Counted from the first letter of the stretch, positions 18,045 to 27,601 are shown. The stretch is DNA of 64,000 bases from Actinomycetota bacterium (GCA_016870355.1 VGBR01000002.1:3893-67892); one strand, 5' to 3'. The notes: generated by a model from the sequence alone, not told the origin. Program-made: numbers and translations.

Positions 18045-19190
18045 ATGCACGAGGCCGAGGCTGCCGTCCGGTCCGCAATCGCCGACATCGACGAGCCCCG
18101 TCTTCGTCGGCCACTCGCCGAGCTCGGCGTCGTGCAGGGCGTCGCGGTCGACGGGGCCACGGCCGTTGTCGCGCTAGCCGACCCGCTCCCGCGCAGCGAG
18201 TCGTGGGACGAGCTCGCACGTCGGGTCGACGCCGCCGTGGGAGCGCTCGCGGGCATCGACCGGGTCGACGTCGACATCCGGGAGATGACCGACGAGGAGA
18301 AGGCGCGCGCCGCCAACGTCTTGAAGGGCGCGCCACCCCCAGACCCACTCGCGGTGGTGGATGCATCGGCGCAACGGACCGCGCGACCGCGCACGAACCC
18401 GTTCACCGATGCGCGCACTCGTGTGCTCGCGATCGCGTCGGGCAAGGGCGGGGTCGGCAAGTCGTCGGTCACCACCAACTTGTCGATCGCGCTTGCCGAG
18501 CGCGGGCGTGACGTCGCCGTGGTTGACGCCGACGTCTGGGGTTTCTCGCTCCCGCGCATGTTCGGTGTCGCCGAACCGCCCGGGCTCATCGATGACGTCC
18601 TCGTCCCACCGGAGACGCATGGCGTGCGCGTCATCTCGATGGGCTTCTTCACCGCTGAGGATCAGGCGGTCATGTGGCGCGGTCCGATGTTGCACAAGGC
18701 ACTCGAGCAGTTCCTGACCGACGTGCACTGGGGTGAGCCCGAGTACCTGGTCGTCGACCTGCCACCAGGCACCGGCGACATCTCACTGTCGATCGCGCAG
18801 TTCCTGCCGCGCGCCGAGGTGATCGTGGTGACGACGCCCCAGCCGGCCGCGCAGAAGGTCGCGCAGCGGGCCGCGGCGATGGCGGAGAAGGTCGAGCTCG
18901 ACGTCATCGGGATCATCGAGAACATGTCGTGGTTCCGCGGCGATGACGGCAAGCAGTACGAGCTGTTCGGAGCGGGTGGCGGGGCCGAGCTTGCGGTCAA
19001 GGTCGGTGTCCCGCTGCTCGGCCAGGTGCCGCTCGTCCCCGCGCTCCGCGAAGGCGGCGACGAAGGAGACCCGATCGTCATCGCGCGTCCTGACGACGAA
19101 GCGTCACAGGCGTTCCGCGCCATCGCCGAGATCGTGGACCGCGACATCAAGCCGCGCCGCCGCGCGCACCCGGAGCTGAAGATCAGCTAG
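18045..19190 (+). CDS. mrp: Mrp/ApbC/NBP35-family Fe-S cluster carrier ATPase
   Basis: Has an N-terminal DUF59-like domain and the deviant Walker A SGKGGVGKSS. Confidence 0.9.
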   Translation: MHEAEAAVRSAIADIDEPRLRRPLAELGVVQGVAVDGATAVVALADPLPRSESWDELARRVDAAVGALAGIDRVDVDIREMTDEEKARAANVLKGAPPPDPLAVVDASAQRTARPRTNPFTDARTRVLAIASGKGGVGKSSVTTNLSIALAERGRDVAVVDADVWGFSLPRMFGVAEPPGLIDDVLVPPETHGVRVISMGFFTAEDQAVMWRGPMLHKALEQFLTDVHWGEPEYLVVDLPPGTGDISLSIAQFLPRAEVIVVTTPQPAAQKVAQRAAAMAEKVELDVIGIIENMSWFRGDDGKQYELFGAGGGAELAVKVGVPLLGQVPLVPALREGGDEGDPIVIARPDDEASQAFRAIAEIVDRDIKPRRRAHPELKIS

Positions 19191-20634
19191 CTGCAGGGTC
19201 TAGAGCTGATCCCGTCTGACGCGTGATCGAACGGACGTGCCCGAGCAGGGGTGTGTGCTCGACGGTGACGGTGTCGCCTTGCGAGTGTCCACCCCACAGT
19301 CGCGACCGGCGCAGCCGGAACGCGACGACGCGATCTCCAGTGCCATCGTCGACGGCCATGAACCGTCGGTACGTCTTGCGATCGTTGTCGGAGGTCCACT
19401 TCTCGAACTGCCGATCGCGCACCACCTCGCCAGTGATTGTCCGCTTCGTGAAGAGATCAGGAAGCGCTCGGATCAGCACGACGATGGCCCAGGCGACCAG
19501 CAGCGCGAACGGGATCATCGCGAGGAGGCAGCCGCGCTCGAACCACTGCCACCCATCGACTGAGGCGTTGGCCGGACGAGCGAGATCGGCGAGCGCAGCT
19601 AGGCCGCGGATGATCGTGCCAGCCAGCGCTCCCCACAAGAGTGCGGCCACCACCGCGAACGCAGGGTGCATGCCCCAGGCGACCGGCCAGAAGCGGGGAT
19701 AGCGCACGCGGACGCGCCGCCAGCGCCCCCCGAAACGACTCCACGCGCGGCGGTCGTCTTCGATCCCCATCGGCAGGAGCTCCACGGCGAGCGGTGCCGC
19801 ACCGAAGGCGGCCGCGTACGCGAAGTGGCGGCCTCGGAGCCTCACTGCCGCGGGCGGGAGGTCGGCCAGCGGCTTGTCGTCGCGCAGATGCCGCTCGAGA
19901 CCTTCGACGCGCGCCGCCGCGGCACGACCCGCGTCGGTGGGGAGCTGGGCGAGTGACCTCGCCATGCGCGCTGACGTGTAGGCGGCCACCGCGATGAACA
20001 CACCCGCCACTGCGAGCACGCCGAACACAAGCGGGGCGACGTTCTCTGGCGTTTCCTCTTTCAGCGCGAGCGCGACGAACAAGACGTGTACCGCGAGGAA
20101 CGTCGAGAGCACGCCGACGAAGAAGTTGGGCCAGCGATCGAACGTCAAACCGCCCGCCTTCGACTCTCCGACGATCTCTTTGCCGAGGTCGCGATGCCAT
20201 GACTTCGATCGCGCCTCCGGACCGGTCGTCAACGCCTCGGTCGGGACGATCCCGTCGATCTCCTTCTCGCGCAGGCTGTCGAGCACGCGCTGCTCGTACG
20301 GGCTGAGCGGCTCGTCGGATGCCTTGCGCACGCGACAGATCGTGCGTCCCGGTTGCACCTCGTCGAGCTCGACGACGTCGCGCGCAGCCAGGTCCAGCAG
20401 GATCGCCGGGGCGACCTCCGCCGGCACCACGAAGTCGTTCACGAGCATTCCCGCGACCGGCGGCGACTCGGGCGGGAGCTCCATCGTCGCCTCGGTCGCG
20501 CGGATTCGCGGTGGTCGTCGCGCAAGCGCGAAGACCGTTGCGCTGGCTACCCACCCCACCGCAGCAGCGGCGCCGATCGCCAGCAATGGGACTGAGAACC
20601 CGTCTGAGAGCGATACCGCTGTGATCGTCGCCAT
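19183..20634 (-). CDS. polytopic membrane protein, DUF2207-like C-terminal region
   Basis: The internal ATG at 20634 (MATITAVSL...) gives 484 aa with several TM helices. The segment PPVAGMLVNDFVVPAEVAPAILLDLAARDVVEL resembles DUF2207. The upstream part of the track ORF lies antisense to the DUF3107 gene. Confidence 0.5.
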   Translation of the reverse strand: MATITAVSLSDGFSVPLLAIGAAAAVGWVASATVFALARRPPRIRATEATMELPPESPPVAGMLVNDFVVPAEVAPAILLDLAARDVVELDEVQPGRTICRVRKASDEPLSPYEQRVLDSLREKEIDGIVPTEALTTGPEARSKSWHRDLGKEIVGESKAGGLTFDRWPNFFVGVLSTFLAVHVLFVALALKEETPENVAPLVFGVLAVAGVFIAVAAYTSARMARSLAQLPTDAGRAAAARVEGLERHLRDDKPLADLPPAAVRLRGRHFAYAAAFGAAPLAVELLPMGIEDDRRAWSRFGGRWRRVRVRYPRFWPVAWGMHPAFAVVAALLWGALAGTIIRGLAALADLARPANASVDGWQWFERGCLLAMIPFALLVAWAIVVLIRALPDLFTKRTITGEVVRDRQFEKWTSDNDRKTYRRFMAVDDGTGDRVVAFRLRRSRLWGGHSQGDTVTVEHTPLLGHVRSITRQTGSALDPAAS

Positions 20635-20701
20635 GGCAGGAACCTTCGCGTCGCGCCTCCGCTGCGTCAACGTTGAGGGGCGCCGGATAATGTCGCCCTC
20701 G

Positions 20702-20929
20702 ATGGAAGTACGGATCGGGGTCCTGCACTCACCCAAGGAGCTGTCGCTCGAGATCGAGGGCAAGCCCGACGACGTCTCGAAGGCCTTCGACGACGCGCTC
20801 AAGAAGGAAGACGCGGTGCTCTGGCTCACCGATGCCAAGGGGCGACACGTGGGAGTGCCGGCGGAGCGCGTGGCCTACGTCGAGATCGAGACCGAGAGCG
20901 GCGCCAAGCGCGTCGGGTTCGGCGGCTAG
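20702..20929 (+). CDS. DUF3107 domain protein
   Basis: 75 aa, MEVRIGVLHSPKELSLEIEG...VAYVEIE...RVGFGG. It closely resembles the small conserved actinobacterial protein found upstream of the ArsA-like pair. Confidence 0.8.
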   Translation: MEVRIGVLHSPKELSLEIEGKPDDVSKAFDDALKKEDAVLWLTDAKGRHVGVPAERVAYVEIETESGAKRVGFGG

Positions 20930-20971
20930 CGCACGCTCCACCTCACCTGAGGTGTCACGAGGAGCCGCATC

Positions 20972-21940
20972 ATGACCGCGGGTCGTCTCGACCTGCTTGA
21001 TCGTCGCCTCCTCTTCTTCACGGGGAAGGGCGGCGTCGGCAAGACATCGGTTGCCGCGGCCGCGGCGGCGCTTGGCGCGGAGCGAGGCAAGCGGGTTCTT
21101 CTCGTCGAGGTGGACGCCAAGGGCAACCTGGGCGCGCTCTTCGATCATCCGCCGATCGGGTTCGGGCCGATGCAGGTGCGGCCCAACGTTCACGTCATGC
21201 AGATGCGCACCGACGAGTCGTTGCGCGAGTACCTCCGGCTCCATGTGCGCGTGCCGGCGCTGGGTGGCATCGGCCCACTTGCGAACGTCCTCGAGTTCGT
21301 CGCGAACGCTGCACCCGGGGTCAAGGAGATCCTCACGGTCGGCAAGATCTGCTGGGAGGTGCACGAGTCAGTCGAAGGCCGTGCCCCGTGGGATCTCGTC
21401 GTGGTCGATGCGGCCGCGAGTGGACACGTGATCGCGCAGCTCGACGCGCCGCGCGCGATCCAAGAGCTCGTGCAGGTCGGGCGAGTCCGCACCCAAACGG
21501 AGTGGATGATCGAGCTGCTGGCGGCTCCGGAGATCACGGCGCTGAACGTGGTCACCACTCCGGAAGAGCTGCCCGTGAGCGAGACCATCGAGCTCGTCGG
21601 CCGGGCGCGCGAAGAGCTCGACGTGCCGCTTGGTGTGGTGATCGCGAACCGGGTGCTTCCCGAACCCTTGACGCGTGGCGACGATGCGATCGTCACCGCG
21701 CTTCGCCTGCCTGACAGCGCCGCAATCCTCGATCGCGCGGTCGGGTCGGGTGCGGTTGGCGTGCTCGATGCACTCGATCTGGCGGCCGCCCTCCGAGCGT
21801 CACGCGCACCGCACCTCGAGCGACTGCGTCAGTCGGTCGATCTGCCGATCGTGAACCTGCCCGCGCTCTTCGGGTCCGACCCGGCGCAGGGGGTCGTGGA
21901 TCAGCTCGCGGCCGCCCTTGCCGAGGAGCTCGGCACGTGA
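20972..21940 (+). CDS. ArsA/GET3-family ATPase (first of pair)
   Basis: Carries the P-loop FFTGKGGVGKTS. The stop overlaps the next gene's start (GTGA). Confidence 0.85.
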   Translation: MTAGRLDLLDRRLLFFTGKGGVGKTSVAAAAAALGAERGKRVLLVEVDAKGNLGALFDHPPIGFGPMQVRPNVHVMQMRTDESLREYLRLHVRVPALGGIGPLANVLEFVANAAPGVKEILTVGKICWEVHESVEGRAPWDLVVVDAAASGHVIAQLDAPRAIQELVQVGRVRTQTEWMIELLAAPEITALNVVTTPEELPVSETIELVGRAREELDVPLGVVIANRVLPEPLTRGDDAIVTALRLPDSAAILDRAVGSGAVGVLDALDLAAALRASRAPHLERLRQSVDLPIVNLPALFGSDPAQGVVDQLAAALAEELGT

Positions 21941-23136
21941 GCGTCACCGCCGACACCAGTGCGAGCCTCGAGTCGCTCCTCGCGTCGAGGGAGATCATCG
22001 TGTTCTGCGGCTCGGGCGGCGTGGGCAAGACGACGACTGCAGCGGCGACGGCTCTCGAAGCCGCGACCCGCACGAGCGGACGCGTGCTCGTGCTGACCAT
22101 CGACCCGGCGCGGCGGCTCGCCGACGCCTTGGGTCTTGATGGCATCGGCAACATCGAACGCCGGGTACCCGAGGACGCGTTGCGGGCGGCGGGCATCGAG
22201 ACGAGTGGTGAGCTGTGGGCCGCGATGCTGGACACGAAGGCGTCGTGGGACGACCTGGTGCTGCGGCACGCGCCCGACGAGGAGACGGCGTACCGGATCC
22301 TTGACAATCGGATGTACGCCACCGTCACCGGGCGGTTCGTGCAGAGCCACGACTACATCGCGATGGAAAGGCTGTACGACCTGCATGCGAGCGGTCGCTA
22401 CGACGTCATCATCGTGGACACTCCGCCGACGCGCAATGCCATCGACTTCCTCGAGGCACCGGCACGCATGGCCGAGTTCTTCGGTGGCCGCCTGCTGCGG
22501 TGGCTCACCGCTCCGTATCGAGTGGGGGGGCGTCGGGGCGCGCGGTTGATCCACTTCGCGAGTCGGCCGTTCTACCAACTTGCGGATCGCGTGCTCGGAA
22601 AGCAGTTCCTCCAGGACATCGCCGAGTTCTTCCTGAACTTCCAGGCCATGTACGACGGCTTCAATGCACGGGCACAGGCAGTGCAGCAGCTGCTCCACGA
22701 ACGTCGAACCGGATTTGTCGTGGTGACGACCCTGGAATCGTCGCCGCTGCGCGAGGCGCAGTTCTTCTGCCATGCGCTCGAAGAGCAGCGGTTTCATCTG
22801 GACGCGCTCGTGCTCAATCGGGTGCTTCCGTCGTGGCTGTGCGAACCGTCAGCACTCGCGGCGGCCGCGCAGCTGCTGGACCGCGCGTTGCCGGTGGCCG
22901 AGGATCTGGTGACCACCGGAGCCTCGGCGCTCAGCGACGTGGAGCGGACGGCTCGGGTGCTGTTGGCAGCCGCATCGATGTTCCGCGACTACTCGGCTCT
23001 CGCCGAGCAGGAAGCACAGCGACGTGACGAGCTGTCGTCAGCGCGGAGTGTTGTCGCGACTGTGCCCATTCTCGACGAAGACGTGCATGACATCGCCGGC
23101 CTGCATCGCATCGGGAAGGAGCTGTTCACCACCTAG
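21937..23136 (+). CDS. ArsA/GET3-family ATPase (second of pair)
   Basis: Carries the P-loop FCGSGGVGKTT. It is the paired paralogue, as in M. tuberculosis Rv3679/Rv3680. Confidence 0.85.
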   Translation: MSVTADTSASLESLLASREIIVFCGSGGVGKTTTAAATALEAATRTSGRVLVLTIDPARRLADALGLDGIGNIERRVPEDALRAAGIETSGELWAAMLDTKASWDDLVLRHAPDEETAYRILDNRMYATVTGRFVQSHDYIAMERLYDLHASGRYDVIIVDTPPTRNAIDFLEAPARMAEFFGGRLLRWLTAPYRVGGRRGARLIHFASRPFYQLADRVLGKQFLQDIAEFFLNFQAMYDGFNARAQAVQQLLHERRTGFVVVTTLESSPLREAQFFCHALEEQRFHLDALVLNRVLPSWLCEPSALAAAAQLLDRALPVAEDLVTTGASALSDVERTARVLLAAASMFRDYSALAEQEAQRRDELSSARSVVATVPILDEDVHDIAGLHRIGKELFTT

Positions 23137-23139
23137 CCT

Positions 23140-24615
23140 TTGACCGTGGCGCTGCCGATGCTCGAGCTCGCCCGCACGAACACGTCGCTCACCGGCGCGC
23201 CGTTGCGCCATGCCCAACGGCTCGTCGCCACGTGGCAACCGTTGGCCGACCTCTGCTTCTCCGACCTCTTGCTGTTCGCACCGGTAGGCGGCGAAGAGGG
23301 CCAGCGCTTCTTCGTGCTCGCGCAGGTACGACCGACGACCGCCCAAACGCTCTATCCCACAGATCTCGTGGGGAAGATCGTCAACGAGGACGATCGACCG
23401 GTGGTGGCACGCACCTGGCGAAAAGGAGAGGTCGTGAGCGGCGAGGCGACGGTGATCGCCGGCACCGAGCCCGTCCTGGTGCAGGGGATCCCTGTCCGTC
23501 ACCACGACGAGCTCGTCGGCGTGGTGAGCCGGGAGACCGCTGTGGCGTCCGGCCGACGTCCCGGTGAGCTGGAGCGCCAGTACTCGGAGGTCTTCGACGC
23601 GTTCGCGGGCATGGTCGCCGACGGAACGTTCCCGTTCGCGATCGAGGTCGAGCTCGATGACGCGCCGCGCGTCGCCGATGGGGTCATCGTGCTCGACGAC
23701 GCATTGCGGGTGCGGTTCGCCAGTCCCAACGCCATCAGCTCCTTGCACCGCATGGGCATCTACTCGAACGCCGAGGGGATGCAGCTGGCCGCCATCGGCT
23801 TCGGACATCACGCGGCCGAGGCGGCGCGTCGCACCCGACTTCCCGTCATCGAGGAGTTCGAGCGCGCGGAGACGACCGTTCTCGTCGAGGCCATCCCGTT
23901 GCTGGCCGGCTCGCACGTGAGCGGCGCCTTGCTCTTGGTGCGTGACGTCACCGACCTGCGGCAACGCGACCGGATCCTCATGTCGAAGGACGCAACGATC
24001 CGTGAGATCCACCACCGCGTGAAGAACAACCTCCAGACGGTCGCTGCGCTCCTTCGGTTGCAGGGTCGCCGCCTGACGTCGGAAGAAGCACGAGGCGCGA
24101 TCGAGGAGTCCGAGCGCCGGGTCCGGTCGATGGCCCTCGTGCACGAAGTGCTGTCACGGGAGATGGGCGACGTCGTGGCGTTGGCCGATCTCGTCTCGCC
24201 TCTCGCGCGCGCCGTGGAGGAGACCGTGTCGACGCCCGAGCTGCGCCTCCGGTTCGAGGTTCATGGCGACGCGGGCGAGGTGCCGGGAGAAGTGGCCACT
24301 CCGCTCGCGGTGGTGCTCAACGAGCTCATGCAGAACGCGGTCGATCACGGGTTCGCGGCCACCGGTCATTGGGCCAACGGAACCGTTCGCATCGATCTCG
24401 CCCGCGATGGTGACGTCCTGGTGATCGACGTCGCCGACAACGGCGTTGGACTTCCGGACGGCTTCTCGTTGGAGGAGTCCACGGGGCTCGGCTTGTCGAT
24501 CGTGCGGGCGCTCGTGACTGGCGAGCTCGCTGGTTCGATCGAGCTACGGAACGACGACGGTGCGCGCGCACGCCTCCGCATACCGGTGCAGGCGCAGGAG
24601 CGGGCCGTTCCCTAG
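23140..24615 (+). CDS. pdtaS: soluble sensor histidine kinase, PdtaS-like (GAF/PAS plus HisKA_2 plus HATPase)
   Basis: Carries the H-box IHHRVKNNLQTVAALLRLQ, the N-box LNELMQNAVDHGF and the G-boxes DNGVGLP and GLGLSIV. It has no TM helix. The start is TTG 23140, with GTG 23146 or ATG 23158 as alternatives. Confidence 0.8.
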   Translation: MTVALPMLELARTNTSLTGAPLRHAQRLVATWQPLADLCFSDLLLFAPVGGEEGQRFFVLAQVRPTTAQTLYPTDLVGKIVNEDDRPVVARTWRKGEVVSGEATVIAGTEPVLVQGIPVRHHDELVGVVSRETAVASGRRPGELERQYSEVFDAFAGMVADGTFPFAIEVELDDAPRVADGVIVLDDALRVRFASPNAISSLHRMGIYSNAEGMQLAAIGFGHHAAEAARRTRLPVIEEFERAETTVLVEAIPLLAGSHVSGALLLVRDVTDLRQRDRILMSKDATIREIHHRVKNNLQTVAALLRLQGRRLTSEEARGAIEESERRVRSMALVHEVLSREMGDVVALADLVSPLARAVEETVSTPELRLRFEVHGDAGEVPGEVATPLAVVLNELMQNAVDHGFAATGHWANGTVRIDLARDGDVLVIDVADNGVGLPDGFSLEESTGLGLSIVRALVTGELAGSIELRNDDGARARLRIPVQAQERAVP

Positions 24616-25259
24616 CGCGGTGCCGTGTCCGTAGAGCCGGGCTCTTCAGTCCCCATCGCGTCGTAGAAGAAGGACAGCAGCATCGCCATCTCGTCGTCTC
24701 CGCTGACTGACGGGTTGAACAAGTGCTCCAACCCCAAGCCGTTGAAGATCGCGGTGGAGACGATCGCGAGGAAGCGCGTCGGGTAGCGCGGCGGCGGCCC
24801 CTGCTGTGCGAACTCGGCTTGGATGAGGCTCTCGATGAGGTTGCGCTGGTTCTCGGACCACGCTGCGAGCTTGGACTTGGCCTCGGGGTTGCGTGCCGCG
24901 TAGAGCACGAACTCCAACCACAGCAAGGTGAAGTCGTCGTCCCACATCTCGGCACGGATCGCCTGGGCAAGGCGCGGCAGCTGCTCCTCGCGAGTGCGGG
25001 ACTGGGTGTCGAGCGCGTCCGTCATCACGACGAACTGGCGCGCCATGTGCTCCTCGAGCAACGCGAGGAAGAGGTCTTCCTTGCCCTTGAAGTTGGAGTA
25101 CACCGCGCCCTTGGTGAAGCCGGCGGTCTTGGCCACCTCGTCGAGCGACGCGCCGTGGAAGCCCAGCCGGGAGAAGACCATGGCGGCGGCATCGAGCAGG
25201 TGCTGGCGCGTGATCGCCCGACGCCGCTCCGGCGTCAGCGGCTCGAACGGGGCGGTCAT
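24612..25259 (-). CDS. TetR/AcrR-family transcriptional regulator
   Basis: The internal ATG at 25259 gives 215 aa. The HTH is GASLDEVAKTAGFTKGAVYSNFKGKEDLF. The track ORF's upstream extension is Arg-rich and antisense to the ABC gene. Confidence 0.85.
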   Translation of the reverse strand: MTAPFEPLTPERRRAITRQHLLDAAAMVFSRLGFHGASLDEVAKTAGFTKGAVYSNFKGKEDLFLALLEEHMARQFVVMTDALDTQSRTREEQLPRLAQAIRAEMWDDDFTLLWLEFVLYAARNPEAKSKLAAWSENQRNLIESLIQAEFAQQGPPPRYPTRFLAIVSTAIFNGLGLEHLFNPSVSGDDEMAMLLSFFYDAMGTEEPGSTDTAPR

Positions 25260-25303
25260 GCCGGGCTCCCGAGCGGGAGGTTGCAAGACCGGGTGCCCTC
25301 TGA

Positions 25304-25337
25304 CATACTGATTAGTATGCAGCATACGTACCGGTAC
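25304..25337. promoter_or_regulatory. cluster of overlapping palindromes, candidate TetR operator / promoter of the ABC operon
   Basis: Three palindromes are present: CATACT-gatt-AGTATG (25304-25319), GTATGC-a-GCATAC (25315-25327) and GTACCGGTAC (25328-37). They lie in a locally AT-richer patch between the divergent tetR and ABC genes. Confidence 0.5.
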
Positions 25338-25487
25338 TTCAAGGATCGGCCCGAAGCCCCGGGCGCCCGAGCCGAGACATTGGCGTGGCTCGGGTACCAC
25401 GAGCGATGGGAGCGACGGCTCCAGGAGCTTCGGAGGCCCCGGCCCGTGAGCCGGCGTGAGCCGATCATCCGCCGGCCGGCCGCGTGA
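25317..25487 (+). CDS. candidate leaderless small ORF (56 aa, Arg/Trp/Tyr-rich) coupled to the ABC ATPase gene
   Basis: The ATG at 25317 has no SD and lies 7 nt after the -10-like CATACT. Its stop overlaps the ABC start as GTGA (25484-25487). By eye, G/C is more frequent at third than at second codon positions, which is a coding-like pattern. Confidence 0.3.
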   Translation: MQHTYRYFKDRPEAPGARAETLAWLGYHERWERRLQELRRPRPVSRREPIIRRPAA

Positions 25488-26431
25488 TTCCTCCCACCCT
25501 CGAGGTCCGGGGCGTCGAGAAGTCGTACGGCGAGACCGTCGCGCTGGCCGGCGTCGACCTCGTGGTCGAGCCGGGCACGATCGTCGGCCTGCTCGGGCCG
25601 AACGGAGCAGGCAAGACCTCGCTCGTCTCGATCGTGGCCGGACTGCGCCGCCCCGACGCGGGCGAAGTGCGGGTCGGCGGCTTCGACGTCGTTGGCGACA
25701 CCGACGCCGCGCAGGCACTGATCGGGATCGCGCCACAGGACACCGGCGTCTACCTCATCGCGTCGGTGCGGGAGAACCTCGCGTACTTCGCCGGTCTGGC
25801 CGGATTGCGCAAGTGGGATCTGCAGGCTGCGATCGAGCGTGTCGCGGATGCGCTCGGTCTAGAGGAGCTGCTCGATCGGCGCGCCATGGACCTGTCGGGC
25901 GGCGAGCGCCGACGCCTGCACACCGCGATGGCACTCGTCCACCAGCCCAAGCTCGTGCTGCTCGACGAGCCAACGACCGGCGCCGACGTCCGCACTCGCC
26001 GGCAGATCCTCGACCTGGTGCGCGCGCTCGCGGCCCAGGGCTCAGCCGTCGTGTACTCCACGCACTACCTGCACGAGATCGAAGAGCTGGACGCCGCGGT
26101 GGAGCTCATCGACCACGGGCGCATCGTTGCTCGTGGTGACGTGCAGGGGCTCATCCGTGATCACGGCGTGAGCGCGCTGGTGCTCACGTTTGACGGAGAT
26201 GTGCCCGAGACAGTGCGCGTTGCCGACGCCGTGGTCGAAGGCTCGTCGGCGCGCATCGCGGCAACCGATCCAGCTCGCACGGCCGCGGACCTTCTGCCCC
26301 GGCTCGGTGGTGACTCGGATCGGCTCCGGGCGATCGAGGTCGTCCAGCCGAGCCTCGAAGCCGTCTTCCTCTCCTTGACCGGTCGGCGCTACGAGAGCGA
26401 CGACGAGGGCGAGGAGGTGCCCGCCGCATGA
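25484..26431 (+). CDS. ABC transporter ATP-binding protein (ABC-2/DrrA-like)
   Basis: Walker A GPNGAGKTS, signature LSGGERRR and Walker B LVLLDEP. Confidence 0.9.
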   Translation: MIPPTLEVRGVEKSYGETVALAGVDLVVEPGTIVGLLGPNGAGKTSLVSIVAGLRRPDAGEVRVGGFDVVGDTDAAQALIGIAPQDTGVYLIASVRENLAYFAGLAGLRKWDLQAAIERVADALGLEELLDRRAMDLSGGERRRLHTAMALVHQPKLVLLDEPTTGADVRTRRQILDLVRALAAQGSAVVYSTHYLHEIEELDAAVELIDHGRIVARGDVQGLIRDHGVSALVLTFDGDVPETVRVADAVVEGSSARIAATDPARTAADLLPRLGGDSDRLRAIEVVQPSLEAVFLSLTGRRYESDDEGEEVPAA

Positions 26432-27204
26432 TCTCGTTCCAGCGCCTCGGCGTGGTCATGGCACACGAGCTCCGGATGACGAGTCGTGACTGGTCACCCG
26501 TCGCAGTGATGCTGATCTTCCCGGTCATCAGCATGGCCTTCCTCAAGCCCGCCTTTCAGCCTGCGCTCCAGCAAGCCGGGTACAAGGGGGCGAACGGCGC
26601 AGAGCAAGTGGTGCCGGGCCAAGCCGTCATCGCCGCGTTCTTCGTGGTCTCTCTCGTGGTGTTCGCGTTCTTCACCGAGTACGGCGGCTCGACGTGGGAT
26701 CGATTGCGCGCGAGCCGGGCCGCGTCGATCGAGATCGTCTTGGGGAAGACGCTGCCGCGGATCGGGTTGACGGTCGTGCAGTTCGTGGTCGTGCTCGTCG
26801 CCGGCGTGCTCATCTTCGATCTGAACATCCGGGGGAGCGTGGTTGCGCTCGCGCCGCTCGTGGTCGCCTTCTCGATCTGCCTTGCGTTCCTCGGCGTCGC
26901 GGCCGTGGCGCTCTGTCGCACCGCGCAGCAGGCGAACGCGTTCTCGATCGTGGGGATGGTGCTGTTCGGAGCGATTGGCGGCGCGCTCGTTCCCTACGAC
27001 GTGCTTCCGGGATGGGCGAAGTCGATCGCGCCCGTGACGCCCACCTACTGGGCAATGCGCGGCTTCCGGTCAGTCATCTTCGACGCGGAAGGACTTGGCG
27101 GAGTGCTCGCGCCGGTTGGAGCGCTGCTCGGGATGACGATGTTGTTCGCGCTGGTGGCGCTCAGCCGCTTCCGCTTCGATCAGCAGAAGATCGGCTGGGG
27201 TTAG
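26428..27204 (+). CDS. ABC-2 type transporter permease
   Basis: A 258-aa six-TM protein with an ATGA overlap with the ATPase gene. Confidence 0.8.
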   Translation: MISFQRLGVVMAHELRMTSRDWSPVAVMLIFPVISMAFLKPAFQPALQQAGYKGANGAEQVVPGQAVIAAFFVVSLVVFAFFTEYGGSTWDRLRASRAASIEIVLGKTLPRIGLTVVQFVVVLVAGVLIFDLNIRGSVVALAPLVVAFSICLAFLGVAAVALCRTAQQANAFSIVGMVLFGAIGGALVPYDVLPGWAKSIAPVTPTYWAMRGFRSVIFDAEGLGGVLAPVGALLGMTMLFALVALSRFRFDQQKIGWG

Positions 27205-27218
27205 AGAGGCGACGCGCG

Positions 27219-27509
27219 TTACGCGGTGGCGCGCTGGCGGGAGACCCAGGCCTTGCGGAGCTTGCGGCGCTCCTCTTCGGTGGTGCCACCCCAGATCCCC
27301 GCCTCCTGGTTCGTGGCCAGGGCGAACTCGAGGCACTCCTCGGTGACGAGGCAGGCCGTGCAGATCCGGCGTGCCGTCTCGATCTGCTCCAGGGCCGGCC
27401 CGGTGGTCCCGATCGGGAAGAACACGTCTGGGTCGGAGTCGAGGCATGCGGAGCGCCCCCTCCAGTCGTCCGCATCCCAGTCGTGCGTGCGGATCCACGT
27501 GAGCGCCAC
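27219..27509 (-). CDS. whiB: WhiB-family Fe-S transcription factor
   Basis: Has the four Cys (C...CTAC..EC) and the GIWGG turn motif followed by a basic tail. The GTG at 27509 is preceded by AGGAGG plus 4 nt. The longer track ORF is rejected. Confidence 0.88.
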   Translation of the reverse strand: MALTWIRTHDWDADDWRGRSACLDSDPDVFFPIGTTGPALEQIETARRICTACLVTEECLEFALATNQEAGIWGGTTEEERRKLRKAWVSRQRATA

Positions 27510-27601
27510 AGCCCCTCCTGCTCCAACGGCGCCCCGAAGGGCGCTGCCCAGTCCGTGTCCTCGGGTTTCCGCCCTCGAGGCGGGAGGCAGCCTATGTGCC
27601 A

